This document shows, piece after piece, positions 39,636 to 46,612 of a stretch of 64,000 nt of DNA (its first letter is position 1; the number at the start of each line of letters is the position of its first letter). The notes below the pieces were generated by a model. It was not told the origin of the DNA, made no database searches, and saw nothing but the letters and a program-made list of their open reading frames with translations. Source of the stretch: a virus; the IMG/VR virus record IMGVR_UViG_3300043446_003702, positions 64,001 through 128,000 of that record. One strand, given 5' to 3'. The position numbers and the translations under genes were made by a program.

Positions 39636-41120
39636 ATGGACGCAGTTATTGTCAATATTCCTAGAATGGCTCCTAGTAGGCCCAGTGCGGGCACTGCCTT
39701 GATCAAAAGTTTGTTGAATAATATCAATGTATCAAATAAATTACTGGATATAAACATTGATTTCTTTAATTGTTTTGCTGAGCAATACGGCGCAGAACAG
39801 TTTCAAGAACTTGATAGATACTTGTACAACGACGACATTGTGTTGTCTGCTGCCACAAATCAAAGTTATCAAAATTTTTTGGAGTATTGGATCAAAAACA
39901 TTGTTGAGCTAGACCCCAAATGGATTTTGATTAGTATTTTTACATGGCAATGTCAAAACTTTGCTCGAGACTTTATTAGTAAACTGAGAACATATACCAC
40001 TGCCAAGATTGTGATAGGCGGGCAAGGCATGATCAAAAGTGAGAACACCAGCTTCAATGAAAATCCTTATTTTGCCAAAGAACTTTTGACCGCTGGTGTA
40101 ATAGATTATTACATACAAGGTGAAGCAGAAAAAGCGTTGCCCGAATTGTTACGTGGTAATGATACTTTCCCTGGCATCAACTCAGATATATTTGCCGAAC
40201 GCAGTGAAATGAGTACAGTCCCTGCATACGATTTTTCTGACCATGATATTACTGCATACCACAGTGGCTATTCAGATGGACAATTGCCACTAGAAAGCAG
40301 CCGTGGTTGCGTAAGATCTTGTTCGTTCTGTGATTGGCCTGTGTATGCCGGGGGCTTCCGCAGCAAGCCTGGAGATCAGTTGTTTGAAGAATGTATAGGC
40401 TATTATTACCAACATGGCACAACCAACTATTATTTCAACGACAGTTTGATCAATGGCAATTTGACAGACTTTAGACAATTCAATCATAGATTAGTTGAGT
40501 ATTACAAACAAAACAACTTGCCAGATCGCACAATCAAATACAGTGGCTGTTACATTGTTCGCAAGCCCAATCAATGGCGCGAGGAAGATTGGGAGTTGAT
40601 TGGTCGTGCAGGGGCGGATATATTGTTAATTGGGGTGGAAACAGGATCAGACCGTGTGCGTAAAGAAATGAAAAAAGGTTTCAACGCTGATGATTTAGAC
40701 TTTACTGTGCAGATGGCCAGTCGTTACAAAGTAAAATTGTATTTTTTAATGATTGTGGGCTGGCCTAGTGAAACTAGAGAAGAGTTTGATGAAACCTTGG
40801 ATTTATTGCGAAGATATCAACGCTATGTTGCTGACGGAACATTAATGGGCATAAACTTTGGTACTAGTCTTACCATAGGCGAAGGCACACCTATCTATAA
40901 AAATCCGGAAAAATTCAATGTTGTGGGAGTAAATGGTAAACGGCCCAACGATGTGTTTTGGATGCATCAACACAACCCTGCCCTCACGTACAAAGAACGT
41001 GTGCTACGCAGAATTGAGGCACAGGAACTGGCCATCAGCTTGGGCTACACATTCTGGAAAGGTGATGATCAGTTGAACTTTATTCGCAACAAATACGAAA
41101 GAATCTTGAATGAAAATTGA
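39636..41120 (+). CDS. B12-binding radical SAM enzyme (paralog)
   Basis: SSRGCVRSCSFC; IGG, GEAE, DSLING, GVETGS, IVGWPSET. Confidence 0.88.
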   Translation: MDAVIVNIPRMAPSRPSAGTALIKSLLNNINVSNKLLDINIDFFNCFAEQYGAEQFQELDRYLYNDDIVLSAATNQSYQNFLEYWIKNIVELDPKWILISIFTWQCQNFARDFISKLRTYTTAKIVIGGQGMIKSENTSFNENPYFAKELLTAGVIDYYIQGEAEKALPELLRGNDTFPGINSDIFAERSEMSTVPAYDFSDHDITAYHSGYSDGQLPLESSRGCVRSCSFCDWPVYAGGFRSKPGDQLFEECIGYYYQHGTTNYYFNDSLINGNLTDFRQFNHRLVEYYKQNNLPDRTIKYSGCYIVRKPNQWREEDWELIGRAGADILLIGVETGSDRVRKEMKKGFNADDLDFTVQMASRYKVKLYFLMIVGWPSETREEFDETLDLLRRYQRYVADGTLMGINFGTSLTIGEGTPIYKNPEKFNVVGVNGKRPNDVFWMHQHNPALTYKERVLRRIEAQELAISLGYTFWKGDDQLNFIRNKYERILNEN

Positions 41121-41667
41121 AATTTTGTTGCAGTGCGAAACACGACTGGGTGCACCAATGATACGTTGTACCATAGACGAAGGTGCGCCATTTTTTGACG
41201 GTCCAGCACAGGAACACATCTCAGCCACACTAGGTGTAGCACCAGGATTTCATGAACTGGTGATTAGTCATTATAACAAACAAGATCATGATCATGTGTT
41301 GGACAATAATGGGTGCATCATCATAGACAAGCATGTTGAAATCCTAGCTATTAGTATAGACAACCTTGAGTTCAGCATGGATGAACTAAGGCAAGCACAT
41401 TTTTATCCTGTGTACCAATCTGTTTATTATCAACAGCAGTTGGACCAAGGCCATAAGTTGCCTCCCAGTATTTCTCCAAATTTGTACTTGGGACACAATG
41501 GTATTTGGAAGTTGAACTTTCACACACCGTTTGTGGAATATATTATACAAAAACGTAAAAATTTGGCCATGAACTTGGACAACACTATTTTTCAAAGTGA
41601 TACTGAGTTGTTACGCCAAACCAAAGACTGGATACAGGCACAACCGGACATTGTATGGAACATATAG
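41110..41667 (+). CDS. Hypothetical beta-rich protein (paralog of 42670..43155)
   Basis: Shared pattern HY.K...NG.I..D...E...I..D...L(Y/F)(L/F)G.NG.W...F..P. Confidence 0.7.
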   Translation: MKIEILLQCETRLGAPMIRCTIDEGAPFFDGPAQEHISATLGVAPGFHELVISHYNKQDHDHVLDNNGCIIIDKHVEILAISIDNLEFSMDELRQAHFYPVYQSVYYQQQLDQGHKLPPSISPNLYLGHNGIWKLNFHTPFVEYIIQKRKNLAMNLDNTIFQSDTELLRQTKDWIQAQPDIVWNI

Positions 41668-42692
41668 GCAGACAGTTTGCCATGGCCATGGCCTTAGCAC
41701 AAAATCCCCATGCTGATTTTTGGGCAGTGAGATCTGCCATCAACGGATATTACATTGGCAGCAGGGTGGATCAGGATCCTGTTGTAGAAACATTGTTGAA
41801 TACAACTATTCGCATAGAAGATGTGGTTCGTGCTGCCAACAGCAATGATCAACTTATACAATTAGAGCAGCGGTTTGCCAGCTGGATATTGAGTCACCAA
41901 ACCAATACTATCACAGGACTGGAACAATACGAACCTGACTACAGTGAAGGCAGTACACAGGCCTTTGACAGTTTTTACTTTAGACACAGACACCGACGCT
42001 TTCGTTGCTTTGTAGGCGAATACTTTTATCACCCAAAAACTTGGATTAGCACCGGTGCTGATTGGAGTTTTATCACTGACAGAGATCCGCTTGGTTCTGG
42101 AGATGCACTGGTATTAAGTGTGCCATTTTGTGACACAGTTGGCGTAGTTGATAATTACGCTCAACTCATGCAGTGGTGCCAAGCAATGAATATTCCAGTG
42201 CTGTTGGACTTGTGCTATTGGCCTATTAGTCATGACTTACATGTTGATTTGTGTTACAATTGCATAGACACTGTGGCGTTTAGTCTCAGCAAAGCCTGGC
42301 CTGTGGGCACTGCCCGAATAGGCATGCGATACACCCGATCAGACACATTTGATGGACAGAAACTGCATCACAGCATGGGATATAACAACAATGTAGGTGC
42401 CATGATAGGCAACGTATTGTTAGATAATTTTGCTCCAGACTGGATTTATACCACTCGCCAAAGTAAATACAAAACTGTATGTAAAGTACTGAACTTACAG
42501 CCTACCCATAGTGTGAACTTTGGCATTGGTGACTCTTCTTGGGATCGCTACAATCGTAGAGAATTGTTAAAATCTTATCAATTAGACTTTGATCCCAATT
42601 TGTTCGTAAATCGTATTTGTGTGAACCGAGTGTATCAACACTGGGATTTGTTTAGGACTTTTTGTCGCCATGAACTTGACATTGAAATTTAA
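41655..42692 (+). CDS. PLP-dependent enzyme, fold type I
   Basis: GSTQAF, GEYFYH, SVPF, LLDLCY, FSLSK (Schiff-base Lys), RIGMR. Confidence 0.75.
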   Translation: MEHIGRQFAMAMALAQNPHADFWAVRSAINGYYIGSRVDQDPVVETLLNTTIRIEDVVRAANSNDQLIQLEQRFASWILSHQTNTITGLEQYEPDYSEGSTQAFDSFYFRHRHRRFRCFVGEYFYHPKTWISTGADWSFITDRDPLGSGDALVLSVPFCDTVGVVDNYAQLMQWCQAMNIPVLLDLCYWPISHDLHVDLCYNCIDTVAFSLSKAWPVGTARIGMRYTRSDTFDGQKLHHSMGYNNNVGAMIGNVLLDNFAPDWIYTTRQSKYKTVCKVLNLQPTHSVNFGIGDSSWDRYNRRELLKSYQLDFDPNLFVNRICVNRVYQHWDLFRTFCRHELDIEI

Positions 42693-43155
42693 AAATATAC
42701 AACCCTGCAACGGTCTACCCATGATTCACATTGTGATCAACGATGCCTTGGTATTTGAAAACTCTGTGCGTCCGGAGATCAACATACAATGCCATCCTGT
42801 AGACAACAAGATCAACTTGAGCATCCAGCACTACGGCAAAGACCCTACAACAGATACCGTGGTTGAGAATGGTGTGATTGTGCAAGACCGCAGTTGTGAA
42901 CTTGATAGCATTGAAGTAGACGGCTATGACCTACAAGAGTTGAAATGGTTGAGTACATATCACTGTGATGATGGCGCAGTTTTAGACAAGTGTCTGTTCT
43001 TTGGTAAAAATGGTACATGGCGGATTGCATTTGAATTGCCAGTATTGCAGTGGATACTGCGAACCAGGCACAACATCAATGGCAATGATCCCAACTGGTC
43101 TGAAGATTATGAAAGTTATGTGAGAGCATGCAGACTGCTGAACAAATCAATCTAA
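42670..43155 (+). CDS. Hypothetical beta-rich protein (paralog of 41110..41667)
   Basis: HYGKD...ENGVIVQD...FFGKNGTWRIAFELP. Confidence 0.7.
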   Translation: MNLTLKFKNIQPCNGLPMIHIVINDALVFENSVRPEINIQCHPVDNKINLSIQHYGKDPTTDTVVENGVIVQDRSCELDSIEVDGYDLQELKWLSTYHCDDGAVLDKCLFFGKNGTWRIAFELPVLQWILRTRHNINGNDPNWSEDYESYVRACRLLNKSI

Positions 43156-44189
43156 TACAACAAATCAGTTGGGCACTGGCCAAGGCCAGTGCCGAAGACT
43201 GCTTGGACACGCCTGGCGAGTTTGTGTGGGCCTATCCACAGAACTCGCAATTCTGGGAAGTACGAGCACGTAGCCATAGCATATTCAGTAGTGGCAATGC
43301 TATCAAAGACCAAATCGTTATCGATTTTGTCAACCATTTGAGTTTGAGTGAGCACCTTAGAGACTGCTGGATTGTCAACAAGTTTCAAGAAGCATTTCCT
43401 GCATGGATTGCTGCTGGCACTCGATACCGATTACATAACTTGGATCAGTTCCGGTATGTGGGCTTTTCACAAGGCACACAGGAATCATTTCTTAACTGGT
43501 ACATGATGCACAAGGACCAGCGACTGCGAGTGTTTCGTGGCGACTACTGGTGGCACATGGAGATCTGGCAAAAGGCCGGGTTCAACTGGCGGTACATCGA
43601 CGATGATTTTGATATCAAACCTGGCGATGCTTGTATATGCAGTCTGCCGTTTGCACTCACAGGTCAAGAACATGAACGCTTCAAGTGGTTGGTAGAACAG
43701 TGTGACCGCCAAGGTGTGGACCTGTTGGTGGACTTTATCTACTTGCCCAACAGCAACAATGTTGTGGACATTGACTTGAGTGCAGACTGTATCAAAGAAA
43801 TAACATTCAGTCTCAGCAAAACATTTCCTGTGCAAACAGCCAAGATTGCTGTGCGCATGCTAAAACACAAACCCAGCGATCCCATGCAGATGAGCAACGA
43901 TGAAAACATTTGCAACCGTTTGAGTAGCGGATTAGCATTGAGTCTAATACAGCAGTTCCCTGTGGACTACATGGTGAACAAATATCTAGATCAACAGACA
44001 TATTGGTGTGAACGCTTGGGATTACGACCCACCGGCGTTGTACATTTTGGACTGGGTGAAAACTATACTGCCACAGGCAGACAGCAAGAATTGAACTATC
44101 TAAGCAAATATAACGAGCAACAAAATCGCTATAATCTGGGCATGCTCTTTGAAAATCAAAATTTCCTGAAAAAACTTCAATTATACTAA
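43128..44189 (+). CDS. PLP-dependent enzyme, fold type I (paralog)
   Basis: GTQESF, GDYWWH, SLPF, LVDFIY, FSLSK, KIAVR. Confidence 0.75.
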   Translation: MQTAEQINLIQQISWALAKASAEDCLDTPGEFVWAYPQNSQFWEVRARSHSIFSSGNAIKDQIVIDFVNHLSLSEHLRDCWIVNKFQEAFPAWIAAGTRYRLHNLDQFRYVGFSQGTQESFLNWYMMHKDQRLRVFRGDYWWHMEIWQKAGFNWRYIDDDFDIKPGDACICSLPFALTGQEHERFKWLVEQCDRQGVDLLVDFIYLPNSNNVVDIDLSADCIKEITFSLSKTFPVQTAKIAVRMLKHKPSDPMQMSNDENICNRLSSGLALSLIQQFPVDYMVNKYLDQQTYWCERLGLRPTGVVHFGLGENYTATGRQQELNYLSKYNEQQNRYNLGMLFENQNFLKKLQLY

Positions 44190-44233
44190 AGGCAACATAA
44201 CTACAGCACGAAAGGCAGATCCCGCTCAAGCAC

Positions 44234-44662
44234 ATGACATGGTTATATCAAGACACCCCAGTTGAGACTTTACCTGAAGAATGTGTGGGTTTTGTTTATC
44301 AAATCACAAATAATCTATCTGGACGCAAGTACATAGGCAAAAAATTAGCAAAATTCAGTAAGACAACGTACAAGACAGTAAAACAAAAGAACGGCACAAA
44401 AAAGCGGAAGAAGATACGAACCAAAGTCGATTCAGACTGGCGTGAGTACTACGGGTCAAGCCCAGAATTAACCGCAGACGTAATCAAACTAGGCATCGAA
44501 AACTTCACCAGAGAGATACTCTTCTATTGCAAATCAAAGTCTGAATGTAGTTACATTGAGGCACGAGAACAGTTTGCACGTCGAGTATTGGAATCAGCAG
44601 ATTATTACAACGGCCATATACAAGTACGTGTACATGGCTCACATATCAAAGACAAAATTTAA
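44234..44662 (+). CDS. Stand-alone GIY-YIG endonuclease
   Basis: GFVY...KYIG...YYGS...F.REIL...E...YYN; a single catalytic domain with a Lys-rich insert. Confidence 0.85.
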   Translation: MTWLYQDTPVETLPEECVGFVYQITNNLSGRKYIGKKLAKFSKTTYKTVKQKNGTKKRKKIRTKVDSDWREYYGSSPELTADVIKLGIENFTREILFYCKSKSECSYIEAREQFARRVLESADYYNGHIQVRVHGSHIKDKI

Positions 44663-44664
44663 CA

Positions 44665-45025
44665 GGCAGTAACGACTCGCACAGGTCAACAACGTGTGCC
44701 CTGGACCTGGATCTTGGATCGCAGGGATGGAAGACTCACCGCGCCAGTGAGCACTCAGCAACTATCCTTGACAGGACGACGATCGCAAATTGCCGCGGTT
44801 TTGCTGTTTGAAAAGAATTCCCAGGCTAAAAAGACGCTGCCGCGGGGCAGCAGGTCAGTGCAATGTGTTAGCGTATGTTGTATTGATTGCCGTTGTAGTA
44901 AAGACGCAACTCGAGGTACAGGACAACCGCCTCTGTAATTGTTGTAACGCTAGGTGCTATCAGAACTCAGATGAAGCAGCCTTTGCCCTGTGCGGGCAAA
45001 GTGTGACTATAGAATCTAGATGAAA
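44665..45025 (+). ncRNA. Putative large structured non-coding RNA of unassigned class
   Basis: At least eight stems, a three-way junction, a 15-bp helix with 7 G-U pairs that forms only on the + strand, and a 6-bp pseudoknot; no credible ORF. Boundaries approximate. Confidence 0.75.
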
Positions 45026-45026
45026 C

Positions 45027-45099
45027 TGTTTCGCTTCGCTCGAAAGAAAACAATGAGTTGATGAGCATAGCGAAATCAACAGATCTACGAAGTAGATCT
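45027..45099. repeat. Cluster of three short hairpins at the junction of convergent transcription units
   Basis: TTTCG/CGAAA, GTTGAT/ATCAAC and perfect AGATCTAC-GAA-GTAGATCT. Confidence 0.75.
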
Positions 45100-45441
45100 T
45101 TAATCGTTGAGATTAGTATCTGGCCAATCTCTAAACAGTGCATGTTGAATGTTTCCTGAAACAAACTGATTGAAACTCTTGTGTTTGGTTTCAAGATCGC
45201 CTTTGAGTGGGGCAACTCGTTTGAATGCGCTGTCCATTTGAGCCATGTCTTTAAACTCCATGATGATCATCCATTCAGGCATGTCAGCTATGCTACGAAA
45301 TCCCATTTTGCAACGAGTGATCCTGTAGGTTTCCATGCGTCCTTCTTCAACAAGATGATCAAAGAAACTTTTCATACCGTTGACCCAATCTAGGTCTGAT
45401 ATGTCTCCCTCTTTGTCTGCCCATATTGTGTATAAATCCAT
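45100..45441 (-). CDS. DUF6614-like protein
   Basis: MDLYTIW.D....SDLDW...FFDHL..EG....YRITRCKMGF....PEW.I.MEF..MAQMD.AF, recognised from memory of the family. Confidence 0.6.
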   Translation of the reverse strand: MDLYTIWADKEGDISDLDWVNGMKSFFDHLVEEGRMETYRITRCKMGFRSIADMPEWMIIMEFKDMAQMDSAFKRVAPLKGDLETKHKSFNQFVSGNIQHALFRDWPDTNLND

Positions 45442-45443
45442 GT

Positions 45444-45884
45444 TTACTCCATTGGTCCTAGTATTTCAAATCCGTCTATTTCTTTTTTGTATTCGTGTGC
45501 TTGTTCAAGGTACAGGTACCTAAAGCCACGTGCTCGATAGATAGCACATTCTACCTTCATGGTTTCTATGCCCAGTCTCATGCGTGGATTATGATAGGTC
45601 CATGCAAACTGATCGCACAAGGCATTGTGTTCATCATAACGTTTAATCAGTGAAAAAGCCACCAACCGTCCATGGTCATAGTAACCTATGATGTCGGTCA
45701 TGGCATCAGTGTATCGCGAATCAAATATAGGCATTACACTGGTGAATTTTCTGTACTGACAGTACTGTCGATATATGCTATTCAACTCTGCAATGTTGGG
45801 GGTGGTCATGTACATCCATTCCACGGTCGTGGCTGAGTAGTTGGTTTTGGCAAGATCAATCCTGGCAAACTGATATGAACTCAT
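45444..45884 (-). CDS. ATE_C/Bpt-like aminoacyl-tRNA-protein transferase domain (GNAT fold)
   Basis: IYRQY..YR; GYYDHGRLVAFSLI; P..RLG..TM..E......GFRYLYL; YK....FEIL, colinear with ATE_C. Confidence 0.6.
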   Translation of the reverse strand: MSSYQFARIDLAKTNYSATTVEWMYMTTPNIAELNSIYRQYCQYRKFTSVMPIFDSRYTDAMTDIIGYYDHGRLVAFSLIKRYDEHNALCDQFAWTYHNPRMRLGIETMKVECAIYRARGFRYLYLEQAHEYKKEIDGFEILGPME

Positions 45885-46381
45885 CTGGGATCCTGTCTGT
45901 GATGAAAAAGGTCAGTGAGATACTGTTCAGGCCAGTCCTTGTAAAACCCCTTGGCAGCCAGTTGCTCAGCAGCGGCATTGAGTTTGCTCAAACTCTGTAC
46001 AAATATTATAGCATACTGACCTTGATTCATGATTACACCGTTGACATCCTCCACTGCGTTGGGATGATCTTCCAGGGCCAACATATCCTTGGCACACAAC
46101 AGCTCTTGATTGGCAGACTCTATGGCCGAGTGAAAACGTTCATAAGGCCATTCTGCAGGGTCGTACACATAGGCAATCACATCCCAGTGATACATGCCCC
46201 ATCGCGATCTCAGTCGGAGATCAAACCAAGGATCTGATCCCAACAATACCTGTACACGATTGCTGAGTCTGGCTTGTCTGGCATAGGGACAGGGAGGCCA
46301 TGCTCCCAGAGCAGGATGTGGTTGTTCTACAAAGCGTTCGCTCCAGGCCAATATGTCAGCAGTGACAGTTTCAATATTCAT
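45881..46381 (-). CDS. DUF1415-like protein
   Basis: ILAWSERFVE...PPCPYA..A....V; L.DHP; IFVQ...L..A. Confidence 0.55.
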   Translation of the reverse strand: MNIETVTADILAWSERFVEQPHPALGAWPPCPYARQARLSNRVQVLLGSDPWFDLRLRSRWGMYHWDVIAYVYDPAEWPYERFHSAIESANQELLCAKDMLALEDHPNAVEDVNGVIMNQGQYAIIFVQSLSKLNAAAEQLAAKGFYKDWPEQYLTDLFHHRQDPR

Positions 46382-46612
46382 TTAAAAGTACGGTAAGTTA
46401 GATTTCTTTGTGGTCTCAATATTTTCTTTGGCAAGTTCGTTGATTAGTTTTCGTTCTGCAGCACTCATTTGCATAACATCATTATAACTAGCGCCTCCAC
46501 GCATGTACCAAGCTAACCTGAGACTTTCTGCCCTGATTTGTCCAGCCTCCTGATCCAAGCGGTCTACATATGAACTGATTTGCTCAGGAGAAGAGACTAG
46601 GAGGCGGAGGCG
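46382..46612 (-). CDS. gp51-like/tail-chaperone extension, probably expressed by -1 frameshift from the upstream gene
   Basis: 76 open codons RLRLLVSSPEQISSYVDRLDQEAGQIRAESLRLAWYMRGGASYNDVMQMSAAERKLINELAKENIETTKKSNLPYF; fills the intergenic gap exactly; absent from the track. Confidence 0.7.
   Translation of the reverse strand, partial: RLRLLVSSPEQISSYVDRLDQEAGQIRAESLRLAWYMRGGASYNDVMQMSAAERKLINELAKENIETTKKSNLPYF

Noticed and set aside
37696-44189. RiPP biosynthetic cluster interpretation
   Set aside because: No short precursor peptide, peptidase or transporter is visible; kept only as a weak alternative.
44957-45024. Possible CRISPR or TIGR-like array
   Set aside because: Only two imperfect repeat copies, and no Cas or Nop-domain gene in the window.
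44665-45025. Possible RNase P RNA, tmRNA or group I intron associated with the GIY-YIG gene
   Set aside because: No convincing P4 pairing, no tRNA-like ends or tag ORF, no clear P7 elements and no interrupted host gene on either side.
45057-45080. TTGATGA-GC-ATA-GC-GAAA resembling a hammerhead ribozyme core
   Set aside because: The core reads UUGAUGA rather than CUGANGA, its flanks pair with each other, and I could not build stems I and III with a cleavage triplet.
44696-45215. Track ORFs 44696..44938 (+), 44790..45023 (+) and 44967..45215 (-)
   Set aside because: Non-ATG starts, no RBS, Cys/Arg-rich improbable composition and mutual overlap; RNA structure explains the region better.
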